Sequence record: OQ791282
Direction: 5' to 3' (one strand)
From: Shigella phage Henu10
DNA: 47,865 nucleotides
The notes under the pieces were generated by a model. That model searched no databases, was not told the DNA's origin, and saw nothing but the letters and a program-made list of their open reading frames with translations. Below are positions 36,685 through 46,100 of this stretch, one piece after another. Within the stretch, counting starts at the first letter, position 1. Each line of letters opens with the position of its first letter. The translations under genes and the position numbers were made by a program.

Positions 36685-37443
36685 ATGAAAAAGATAATAC
36701 AGAAAAGTATTAAAAATAATTTAAAGGATAGATTAAATACTGTTTATAACTATCTGAAAAAAACGACAGAATTTACAACGCAAACACTTTTAGCTGAGAA
36801 GATAGGATATACACGCTCTAATTTTTCAGCTGCATTAAATGGAGACGAGAGGTATCTAACAGAAGGTGTTGTTGATAAAATAGTGGAGGCTTTTCCGCAG
36901 TTAAATAGAGAGTGGTTCATAACGGGCAAAGGCGAAATGCTAAAGTCTTCAGAAGAAACTCCGATAAAAGGGGAGGGGGTAAAAGTAATTTTAGACGCAG
37001 AGATAAAAAGAACCCCATCGGAAGGCACACCTTATTATGATGTTGATTTTGCCGGAGGTTGGAACTCTGATGAGATTTTTTCACTTGGGAATCCATCATT
37101 TTATATCCAAAGTCCAGATTTTAGAAGGGCAGAGTTTGCTACTAATCTCGTGGGAAACTCTATATCAAAGATAATTCCCAGTGGAGCCATTGTAGGATTT
37201 AGACAAGTAGAGGATTGGAAAACTTATTTCCCAACAAATGAGCTGTATGGTATCATTACTAAAAACGAAATGAGAACCGTAAAAAGGGTAAAAAGAAAGA
37301 AAGGAGACTCAAATACACTTGTGTTGATTCCTGACCCATTAGAGGTTCATTCAGGATATGAGCCTGAGGAGTTGCCTATTGATTTTGTTTCAAAGATGTT
37401 TCAAGTGGTTGCTTGGGCAATGTTTGAGAGAGTAGCAATGTAA
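36685..37443 (+). CDS. CI-like repressor (HTH plus S24 LexA-like peptidase domain)
   Basis: N-terminal HTH (TQTLLAEKIGYTRSNFSAALNG); C-terminal GNSISKIIPSGAIVGF with downstream Lys-rich segment resembles the S24 Ser-Lys dyad region. Confidence 0.65.
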   Translation: MKKIIQKSIKNNLKDRLNTVYNYLKKTTEFTTQTLLAEKIGYTRSNFSAALNGDERYLTEGVVDKIVEAFPQLNREWFITGKGEMLKSSEETPIKGEGVKVILDAEIKRTPSEGTPYYDVDFAGGWNSDEIFSLGNPSFYIQSPDFRRAEFATNLVGNSISKIIPSGAIVGFRQVEDWKTYFPTNELYGIITKNEMRTVKRVKRKKGDSNTLVLIPDPLEVHSGYEPEELPIDFVSKMFQVVAWAMFERVAM

Positions 37444-37457
37444 TTAAAATAGAAATT

Positions 37458-37910
37458 ATGAGTCCTACTGAAAAAGGAAAGATATTTGAGGATTATGTTC
37501 AGGATATAATGTTTCCTGTTGATAGATATATAGTCGTTAGAAAGACGCCTAATTTTGAGGACGCAAGCAAACGATTGATAGAAGATTGCAATAATCCTGA
37601 TTTTACATTTAGAAGAATAAGAACAGGGAAGGAGTATAGCGTAGAGGCTAAATTCAGAATACCTAGAGGGTACAATGTTAATGTTTGTACGGAAGAACAG
37701 CTAGAGAGATATAGAAAGTATGATGAGCAAAGCCCTACTTTTATGGCTTTAGGAATAGGAGGGTGTCCGTCTAGTCCTACGATATTACTGTTTTTTCATA
37801 TAAGTAAGCTGGCGAGCACCAATATTTTCTTACCTGATTTCTTTAAGGATAATTATTTCAGATTGAACAGCCCTGTATTTTCTAAGTATATGGAAAAATT
37901 ATTAAGATGA
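37458..37910 (+). CDS. PD-(D/E)xK-like nuclease-fold protein, putative
   Basis: IFEDYV ... NNPDFTF ... SVEAKF gives an E / PD / ExK pattern with canonical spacing. Confidence 0.35.
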   Translation: MSPTEKGKIFEDYVQDIMFPVDRYIVVRKTPNFEDASKRLIEDCNNPDFTFRRIRTGKEYSVEAKFRIPRGYNVNVCTEEQLERYRKYDEQSPTFMALGIGGCPSSPTILLFFHISKLASTNIFLPDFFKDNYFRLNSPVFSKYMEKLLR

Positions 37911-38176
37911 AAACAGCGATAGACGAAAGAATATTGAGCCTGCCGAGATACCTAAAGAAGAACGGAGAAATAAAAAGGCTCCAAGAGTTCTACGATGAAA
38001 TTGGAATTTCCAAGCAACGGTTTAATAAAATTAAAAAACAAGATATAAGTGGCATTAACGCACACTTTACCGTTGAGCAGATACACAAAATAGGAATAGT
38101 TTATGGCATTGATTTTAATTGGATTTTTGGGGTAACAGATACCCCTAGACAAAACACCAAAAGTGCACAAATTTAA
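37907..38176 (+). CDS. HTH protein (excisionase/regulator candidate)
   Basis: 89 aa; YDEIGISKQRFNKIKKQ HTH-like; immediately upstream of the integrase. Confidence 0.4.
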   Translation: MKTAIDERILSLPRYLKKNGEIKRLQEFYDEIGISKQRFNKIKKQDISGINAHFTVEQIHKIGIVYGIDFNWIFGVTDTPRQNTKSAQI

Positions 38177-38228
38177 AAAAAAGTCAAAACAAAACTATAT
38201 TGATTATCAATAAATTAAAATTTCAAAA

Positions 38229-39545
38229 ATGGCAAAAAATGGTCAAAAAGTTTCCCTCTCTCTCCGCAAAAAGGAGTTAAGCCGTTGTAAATCAACGGTT
38301 TTGCTTTATAAAACAGGTCTTAAAGCACAAAAGTGCACAAATTCCATTTCCGCTACCCCTAATGTCCAACACTTTAATTTGGACGAAATGGAAAATTATT
38401 GGACTAATCCCAAAGTGAAACATTACCCCTTAGAAACAGGTAAGGATTGGTATGTTTGGTTTCGATTTAACGGAGGTAATCCCATTAGAGTAAAGCAAGG
38501 GCTTAATCAGATTCCAGAATTTGAGGAAAGGCTGCAAGAGGCTTATGCAATGGCAGATGTCATAAGAGAAAGGCTAGAGAGTGGTTGGGTTCCTCAAAGT
38601 GCTAAAGTGAGGGTAAAAAGGATAAATCTTATAGATGCCGTTATATTTGGCTTTGAGGAAAAAAAGAAAACTCTTTCAAAAAACAGCATCGATAATTTTA
38701 GAAGCTCTGTCAATTTCTTTATTGAAGCGGTCAAGGAGTTGCAATATCACAGAATGCAGGTGTCTAGTTTTGAAAGGATACAAGCTAAAGAGGTTCTGGA
38801 ACATCTAAAAAATGAGAAAGGCTGGTCTAACAAGACTTATAATAAACATCTTGGTTTTTTAAGGTCTGTTTTTCACGAAATACTTGACGCTGACTACATA
38901 AAAAGTAATCCATTTAGAGACATTAGAAATCTAAAGGTTCTAAAAAAAGAAGCAAATGTACCTCCAACAAATGAGGAGATGAAAGCTATATCTAACGCTT
39001 TGCAGGATTACTGTTTTGGGTTCTATGTCTTTTGTTCCACTATCTATTATTGCGGTATCCGTCCTGCGGAGTTGGTGCAAATGAAAGTATCAATGCTAGA
39101 TTTGGATAACGAGCTAATCAATTTACCTGCTGAAATAACAAAAACAGATGCTGATAGGGTAGTACCCATAAGCGAAAACTTGAAAAGTCTATTTTCAAAA
39201 TTTAACCTTTCTAATCCTCATAATTATTTGTTTGGTACTTGCGTGCCGAATGGAGGAAGGCACGGTATTAAAAATAGATATTTTGAGCCTAATGAGTTCA
39301 AAGTAAAGGAAGACACAGCTAATAAGCTATGGCGTAGGCTGATAAAAGACGGCTTAGGCATTGACAAAAATATGTACTCCTTGAAGCACAAAGGAGCAGA
39401 CGATAAAATATTAGCAGGAATGCCTATTGAAACCATACAGGCTATATTTGGACACTCTACTCAAAAAATGACCGAGCGATATGCTAGGATAATGAAATTG
39501 CAAAGATTTGAAGAGGCTAAAAAAATAAAGTTGCCTTCTTTTTAG
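38229..39545 (+). CDS. int: Tyrosine integrase (true start may be ATG 38388)
   Basis: C-terminal catalytic region ...GHSTQKMTERYARI (H-x-x-x-T-x-x-Y); a terminator-like hairpin and a 16-bp direct repeat lie within the first 160 nt of the track ORF. Confidence 0.8.
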   Translation: MAKNGQKVSLSLRKKELSRCKSTVLLYKTGLKAQKCTNSISATPNVQHFNLDEMENYWTNPKVKHYPLETGKDWYVWFRFNGGNPIRVKQGLNQIPEFEERLQEAYAMADVIRERLESGWVPQSAKVRVKRINLIDAVIFGFEEKKKTLSKNSIDNFRSSVNFFIEAVKELQYHRMQVSSFERIQAKEVLEHLKNEKGWSNKTYNKHLGFLRSVFHEILDADYIKSNPFRDIRNLKVLKKEANVPPTNEEMKAISNALQDYCFGFYVFCSTIYYCGIRPAELVQMKVSMLDLDNELINLPAEITKTDADRVVPISENLKSLFSKFNLSNPHNYLFGTCVPNGGRHGIKNRYFEPNEFKVKEDTANKLWRRLIKDGLGIDKNMYSLKHKGADDKILAGMPIETIQAIFGHSTQKMTERYARIMKLQRFEEAKKIKLPSF

Positions 39546-39550
39546 ATAAA

Positions 39551-39581
39551 AACCGCGAGAATTTACAAAGTTCTCGCGGTT
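39551..39581. terminator. Bidirectional terminator between convergent int and Panacea-pair operons
   Basis: Perfect 11-bp stem AACCGCGAGAA / TTCTCGCGGTT with loop TTTACAAAG. Confidence 0.6.
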
Positions 39582-39586
39582 CTAGT

Positions 39587-40189
39587 TTATAATTTTTGTG
39601 AATCTTGTTTAGAGTATAACTCTTTTATCTCTTCTGTAACGATAGGTTCATAAAATTTTATAAAATCATCTATAACACTTTCGTCACATGAATTTTTATT
39701 ATAACCTACATAAATATTGTCTCTGATATTTCCTTTTTGTTTCATATCATATTCTTTTTTTATACAATTTCTTTTCAAAAAAGTATAAAAAACGCTCATT
39801 CTTCTGTTTAAATCCTCTTTTTGAGAGTGTTTGACATAGTTGTCATCTAATGCATAAAAACAAAAAGAATAACCCTTATGTTCTTCTATGCAAAGGTTAA
39901 AACATTCTCTGAATAGTCGTAAAGTTACCATAGGATTTATACAATCCCTACCTTTATTTCTTTTAAATTTTTTTATCCCTTTAGATTTGGAAAATTTAGT
40001 AAAATAAAAAGACAAAACAATTATTTTGTATTTTTCAAAACGCTCTAAAAGAATTATCCATCTATGCTTTTTGTCTTCATCACAAATAATGAGGCTATAT
40101 TCCTCTTCAACATAAAATACTCCGTGCTTGTCTTTATTGGAACTTTTAATCCTTTTTTTAGAAACTTTAAAATAACTCTTCCCCAACAT
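39587..40189 (-). CDS. Hypothetical protein, putative toxin partner of the Panacea-domain protein
   Basis: 200 aa, Cys- and Lys-rich; overlaps the upstream gene by 23 nt; no recognisable domain. Confidence 0.35.
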   Translation of the reverse strand: MLGKSYFKVSKKRIKSSNKDKHGVFYVEEEYSLIICDEDKKHRWIILLERFEKYKIIVLSFYFTKFSKSKGIKKFKRNKGRDCINPMVTLRLFRECFNLCIEEHKGYSFCFYALDDNYVKHSQKEDLNRRMSVFYTFLKRNCIKKEYDMKQKGNIRDNIYVGYNKNSCDESVIDDFIKFYEPIVTEEIKELYSKQDSQKL

Positions 40190-40679
40190 TACTGTTAAAA
40201 GTTGCTATCCCACATACATTGTGATTGACAACAGGTATCCTTCCGTTACCGTCCAATGAAAAATCAGAAATACTTTGTCCATCTATTTTTATTGTATTGG
40301 TAGATATTTGCTCAGGAGAAATTTCTCCTCTAGCATTTCTCCAAAGAGATTCACTATGAGTCAAATCTACTAACTCTAATCCTGTATATCCTCCATAAAT
40401 CTTCCAAATTTCATTCAGATGAGAAACGATTTCTTTATCACATATATCTTTTTCAATATATCTCTCATTTATTAAATCCCCTCTTCTTATAAACCTATAT
40501 TTATCCCAAACATTGCGAACAACAGGACCTAATACCCAAGCCTGTATTTCGTCTTTAAATAGCAAATTTCTATACTTAACAAAATACCAAACTTGAGAGT
40601 AAAATAGAAGTTTCTGTAACTTCAGTGGTGTTACTCCTTTTCTAATAAAGAAAAACGATATATCTACTGCGGAATACAC
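40167..40679 (-). CDS. Panacea-domain (DUF4065 / GepA-like) protein, PanA-like antitoxin candidate
   Basis: N-terminus MYSAVDISFFFIRKGVTPLKLQKLLFYSQVWYF...AWVLGPVVRNVWDKY matches the Panacea hallmark (T.LKLQKLLYYAQ ... AW..GPV); own TATATTTG promoter at 40720..40713. Confidence 0.55.
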   Translation of the reverse strand: MYSAVDISFFFIRKGVTPLKLQKLLFYSQVWYFVKYRNLLFKDEIQAWVLGPVVRNVWDKYRFIRRGDLINERYIEKDICDKEIVSHLNEIWKIYGGYTGLELVDLTHSESLWRNARGEISPEQISTNTIKIDGQSISDFSLDGNGRIPVVNHNVCGIATFNSNVGEELF

Positions 40680-40854
40680 GATACAATATTTTATATATTA
40701 AATTTGATAGTGCAAATATAATATTTTAAAATTATTTTTATTTTTCTATTATTAAATTATGTAGTCAAATGTGCAAAAGCAGTTTAAATCTAAATGTCTA
40801 AATGATAAAAACCACCGTGAGGGTGGTTTTTGTTTTTACTTGCATTTGACGATA

Positions 40855-41349
40855 TTAGAAACTTACATATTCTGTCTTTTGCCTATTATACAACCCTTGC
40901 AAATCTGCAATAGACTTACCAAAGGTTTTTTGAAAATGTGGAGGGTCAGTAAATCTCCAATCGCCGCCCCAAGTCCAACCATAGCGTTTAAATATAGCTA
41001 CAATTTCTTGCCAATCTGCTATTTTATCATTGTCAAAATCTGCTTTTGTGTCCCACACGGCTGTTTGGTAAGTTCCGTTATTGTCTTTATCCACTAATAA
41101 GCAAATATCAATAGCCAATCCATAATTATGGTAAGACTGTCCACCTCTTGCATTAGTTACTCGTTTTCCTTTTTTTGTTCGACCTATTGCGTACAAGTCG
41201 TTTTGCTCCTTAAAAGTTCGGAGCGTATGAGTAAATCTACAAATAGCATTCCCTGTAAGAGCCTTGCAAATTTCCTTATAAATAGCTTTAGCTTCTTCCC
41301 TTAATTTCGGGTGCAAAAGTTCAATTCTTTGCAGTGTGATTTTATCCAT
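40855..41349 (-). CDS. Endolysin, peptidase M15 (L-alanyl-D-glutamate peptidase-like)
   Basis: Motifs RTFKEQNDLY, SYHNYGLAID and DWRFTDPPHF match M15/VanY zinc-ligand architecture. Confidence 0.75.
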   Translation of the reverse strand: MDKITLQRIELLHPKLREEAKAIYKEICKALTGNAICRFTHTLRTFKEQNDLYAIGRTKKGKRVTNARGGQSYHNYGLAIDICLLVDKDNNGTYQTAVWDTKADFDNDKIADWQEIVAIFKRYGWTWGGDWRFTDPPHFQKTFGKSIADLQGLYNRQKTEYVSF

Positions 41350-41361
41350 AGTCTTGTTTTA

Positions 41362-41940
41362 TTAAAATAGTTTTATTCTTTTCAGATAAAAGTAAAGTAC
41401 AGCCCCTGCGATAATTAGGATACTACCTATAATTATCCACACCCAAGTACCGAATGTAAATCCAGATGATTTCACTTCGTTAGATACCGCCCTTATTTCA
41501 TTAGCTACCTCATTTATTGTTCTTTGGGACACGGTGTTTCTTGCCAATTCCTGCACTTCATTAAGATATTCCTTTACTTCTTTTTTCTCCGTTGTATGTT
41601 GATTGCTATTCTTGAAAGATTTAACCGAGAATTGAGCATTCCCCTTTATGATGATGCTTTGTAAAGTATCCTTACCCTCTACTTCGTGAAAGACAAAGGG
41701 CTTATCGGTTTCTGTTTTTCCGAAAATTTCGATTTTCTTTTCTTGATGTTTAGAATGTTTATCAATCTGAAGTTTATCCTGTACTTTAGTCGTTTGTTCC
41801 CGCTTGATTTCTTTTGCAGAAATGCTGTCTTTTAGCTTTACTTCCACAGTTTTACTTTGGATATGAGTGTCCGTCTTCTTCCTCGTCCGACAAGAAAACA
41901 AAAGAAGTACAGCGATTATCAATAAAAATTTACTCTTCAT
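41362..41940 (-). CDS. Unimolecular spanin-like lipoprotein, putative
   Basis: N-terminal lipoprotein signal (LLLFSC) and C-terminal transmembrane helix in one 192-aa protein, between holin and endolysin. Confidence 0.4.
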   Translation of the reverse strand: MKSKFLLIIAVLLLFSCRTRKKTDTHIQSKTVEVKLKDSISAKEIKREQTTKVQDKLQIDKHSKHQEKKIEIFGKTETDKPFVFHEVEGKDTLQSIIIKGNAQFSVKSFKNSNQHTTEKKEVKEYLNEVQELARNTVSQRTINEVANEIRAVSNEVKSSGFTFGTWVWIIIGSILIIAGAVLYFYLKRIKLF

Positions 41941-42451
41941 ATTTTTTAGTTTTAAAAGTTTCTAAATCTGCATTTTCATTAAACTTGCGTAATTTTTTCA
42001 TCCACCCGACTGGTGGAAACTTTCCATTGGTTAGAATTGATAAATTCCCCATTGCACTTCCCGCAGGATAGAGTAAAACCATTAGTTGGAGCAATACTTT
42101 GAAATAGATGGCTATAAAATCAACATCTTTGACAATTTGATGCACCATTTCAAACAGAACATAGCCCACAATTACGCTTGTGGTTTTCCCAAATAACCCA
42201 TAGACATTTTCTTTAAATGAAAAATCCCTTTTCCTCCAATGCACCCAACTACCTAAAATATGGTCTAAAAACAACGCCACAAAAACAAAGGTCATAAAGA
42301 TTTGGTTTTCTATGTACCAACCGATAAACCGCTCCGTAAGAGATATTCCTATGGCTGGTGCGGCAGCTAATTTTATCGTTCCTAGTATTTTTTGGCTTGC
42401 AGTTCCTGTATGTATATTCATCAGATTAGTGATGATAAACTCTTTAATCAT
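41930..42451 (-). CDS. Holin-like membrane protein
   Basis: 173 aa with several predicted transmembrane helices; lysis cassette position. Confidence 0.45.
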   Translation of the reverse strand: MIKEFIITNLMNIHTGTASQKILGTIKLAAAPAIGISLTERFIGWYIENQIFMTFVFVALFLDHILGSWVHWRKRDFSFKENVYGLFGKTTSVIVGYVLFEMVHQIVKDVDFIAIYFKVLLQLMVLLYPAGSAMGNLSILTNGKFPPVGWMKKLRKFNENADLETFKTKKYEE

Positions 42452-42807
42452 AATGTGCGTCTTTTATTAAAAATTTGCCAAAGTTTTCGGTTTTTCAAAT
42501 ACTCTAAATCGTTTTGATTCTCATAAGCCTCTCGTTCAAATATGATGTTCCGATAGGCTTCTCTATGGTTCTTGTACCTAAACAAGTTCCATAGGTAGTT
42601 TAGTCCATACCAAACGAAAAAAGGCAAAATCAGTAATTCTAATTGCTGTCTTAGATGTATTTTCTCGTGGTTCAACAAGTACCTATTACTTTGATACTTT
42701 TTATTCTTTAGAAAGATGAAAGGAAACACCGCCATTGCGGTGTACCCTCTCGGTACTAAATACTTACTTATTATTACCATCTTCTGCCTCTTTTTTTTCA
42801 ACTTCAA
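42448..42807 (-). CDS. Small membrane-associated protein with HExxH motif
   Basis: NHEKIH motif, basic N-terminus, hydrophobic segment. Confidence 0.3.
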   Translation of the reverse strand: MKLKKKRQKMVIISKYLVPRGYTAMAVFPFIFLKNKKYQSNRYLLNHEKIHLRQQLELLILPFFVWYGLNYLWNLFRYKNHREAYRNIIFEREAYENQNDLEYLKNRKLWQIFNKRRTL

Positions 42808-43087
42808 AGCCGTTTATTATTTCTAAGATTGTATCTAAGGCACTATTGACCACCTGTAAATCTTCCACACTATTTACGCCTGTTCCATTTAATGATAGCC
42901 CTCCACCTTTAGAGTAAGAACCTGATAAGGTATTCCCGTCTTGTAATTGAGTGCTGAAATTGACCATTTGGGGAGTTTTATTATTGTAATCAGTTTCGTA
43001 CTGATAATAAATTTGTTTTTCCCCAATGTTTTCCATTAGCGTTGTTGCTACTCTCTCGTTTACTTTTTGTAAGTTTTTTGTTTTCAT
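42764..43087 (-). CDS. Hypothetical protein
   Basis: 107-aa ORF downstream of the fibre gene. Confidence 0.3.
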   Translation of the reverse strand: MKTKNLQKVNERVATTLMENIGEKQIYYQYETDYNNKTPQMVNFSTQLQDGNTLSGSYSKGGGLSLNGTGVNSVEDLQVVNSALDTILEIINGFEVEKKEAEDGNNK

Positions 43088-43113
43088 AGTTTTATTGTTT
43101 TTAAAAGTTATTA

Positions 43114-46100
43114 TTATGAATAATTTGTTATTATACCTTTTCTAATGGTAAGCCATACTCCCCCCAAAAATAATTCTCCTGTATATCCTACCTCTCCACC
43201 CACACGAATATCTCCCGATTCTATATTTAAGGCAGTAGCATACTGTCCGTCAGCCCTTATAGATAGGGCGTTGTAGGGCGTATAATTGTTCACATCACGC
43301 CCCCAGAGCCGAAGTATATTGTTTTTATTTCCGTTTAAAATACTATCATCATTATTGATGAGAGCATAGCTTTCTCTCCCAGATGAAAGACTTTTTTTAT
43401 ATGAAAGTATGCTTCCAGATGACTTTATTTCTAAATAGTCGTTTGGGTCTGCTATTCCTTGCCCCGAAAGTGTATTTCCGCTAATATTGAACCTTGCTAT
43501 TTTACCACCTGTAATTTCCATATCAGAGCCATAAACTTTCCCATTATCCAGCACCCTAAATGGTGCATTATGTTTATTGGCGTAGTTCGCTCCTGCTCCA
43601 AATCTCACGCTCATTGCTCCCTCGTCGGTAATACCACTAATAAAAGCGTTTTGATTAGCTTGGTTGCTTCCGACTGACATCAAGTTAGCCATCATCAACC
43701 CGCCTTGAATAGAAGTGAAGTTGTCGGTCTTGGTCTTCACATCAGCCAAAGAGGTTTGCATATTAGCTATTCCTTGTTGAAGGTTGGCAAATAGTGCGTC
43801 CAAGTCTTCGGGGGCGGGTGTCCAATCGGTTGCTTTATTGCCTTTTTCAAGTTTTACATCTTTAAACCAAACTGTATTGTTGCTAAACGCTCTGAGTATA
43901 AAGATGAAATAGGCTGTGTCAGGCTGTGTCCTTATTGTGAAGTTCACATATTTATATTCTGAATTAACAGGGAACTCCCTGTAATTATCAGAATAAACAG
44001 TCGTATGAGTGCCGTTCTCTTTCATTTCTAATGCGTAGAAAAAAGCTGAACCTATCCCCTTAACAAAGGCTGATATTGTATATTCTGTGTTTTTCTCACA
44101 TTTTATATTTTGGTCTATTTGATTGTAAACTTGTCCATCTATCGAGGTTATTTTAACGCTCCTTTCATTAGGTAGAAACTCTGCTTGTGGATACCCTTTG
44201 CTCCAATGCTCTCCACCGTTTTTAAATTCAGTATTGCGAGCTAGGTTTCGACCACCAACAATTACTCCATTGATAGCATTATTAAGTTGAGATGTTGTTG
44301 CACCTCCACCATTACTCACTATTGCCGAAGCGTTTAGTAACTCTGTTTTGATATAGCCTCCCTGCACAATTGTGTTGCCGAGCATTGCTCTTTCTACGGA
44401 GTTCTGCCACGCCATTGTGCCGAGATTATTAAATTTGCTAGTAACCTCGTTTCTATGAGTATTTACCAACGCTTGAGCGTGTGCCTTAGCTTCTTCTAAC
44501 TTCGCCTTAGCTTCATTTATTCTCGCTTGTTCTTCGGCGGTCACTATACTATCTGCGTGAGCCTCTGCTTGCAACCTCGCCAAATTAGCTTTAGCTTCCG
44601 CCACAGCAATAGCTGATTGTTCAGCCTTATCAGCTTTTCCATCTGCGTAGGCTTTTATTAGCGTTTCCTTTAAGTTATCTTGTGCCTGTGCATACTCTTT
44701 AGCTAATTGCAGTTTCTGCTGGGCATCTGCAATCGCTCGTTGTTCTTCTTTGCTAACCTTTCCGTCAGCGTACGCTTCCGCCTGCGTCTTGGCTAAATTA
44801 GCCTGTGCCTGTGCGTAAGCATTAGAGGCTTGTGTTGCCTGTTGCTCGGCTCTTGTAATATCTGATTGTATATCTTCAGGAGCAGGTGTCCAATCAGTAG
44901 CTTTATTTCCTTTTTCTAACTTCCAATTTCTGTGGTAAATTTTTGCAGTTGCAGGAACACTTCCGTCATTATTCCATATCGCATATATGCCCATAAAACG
45001 AGTGTTGTTATATGGAGAATTTTCTATCTTCGTCCAAACATTCGCAGGACAAAATTTTCTATTATTCTCCCCAAAACCTATATACATATCGTGAGTGGGC
45101 TTTACTTCCATTGATTGGATAGTTTCCTGCCCTGTGAGGTCTTCCGTGAAAACACTTATATTATTGAGTAAATGAAAATAGGTAGAAATATAAAAATTAC
45201 CATTATTCACACTTGTTCCAGAAATCCATTTCACTCCATTTTCCTCTCCCTGTGTTAAGTCCCATGTTCTTCCGTTGTTGTTGAACATTCCGTATCCTTT
45301 TTGAGAACCCCTAAGGTAATTTCTACCTCCTACACTTACCGCATCCACCGCTTGTTGTATAGCACTCCCAACTTCCGCATAACCATTACCGCTTTTGAAC
45401 TTAATCGTTCCTGCTATTTCCCCACTATCCAAATCAAAATAGGTTTGTCCGTTGAGCGATTTAATTCTCCCTGCTGTTATTTGCCCTCCGTGCATAAATA
45501 CATTACCGTACATTGCTTCTGCTTCTCGTTTACTGTCTTTTGGTGTGTAGAGTAAGTAACACAAGAAGTAATAATAATCTGACCGACTATCAAACCTTAT
45601 CTGCTCGGTGGTGATATACCACATCGCATTACTACTTCCTCTTGAACATTTCGCATAAACGTAATAAACCTGATTCAATAAATCATTACGGCTGTATGGT
45701 AGTAAATTCCACTCTCTAATATCGTCTTCTAAAGAAAAATGAACCAACTTCCCACCACTAATAAATGTTCTTGCAGGATTACCCTCTATATTAGGATTCA
45801 GACTTATATTTTCTAATGCAAATTGTTGGCTCTTTGCTCCAACCGAAAGCATATTGGCTTCTATACTCTCTGGCTTGATATGTGTAGAGTCAAAGTAACC
45901 CTCTACATCAAAGACACTTTCTCGAAGCTCTTGCAGGTTACGATAACCGTTCAAGTAATTTCGTCGGTTAATTTGTTCCTGCGTTTTTATAACCGTTTTA
46001 GTATCTTTAATATCGGTAAGCAGACTTGCTACAAAGCTGATTTCGTAAGTGTCCGCAATGCCTATTTTGTAATTATATTCATCTAATAAGTCCCTCGTAA

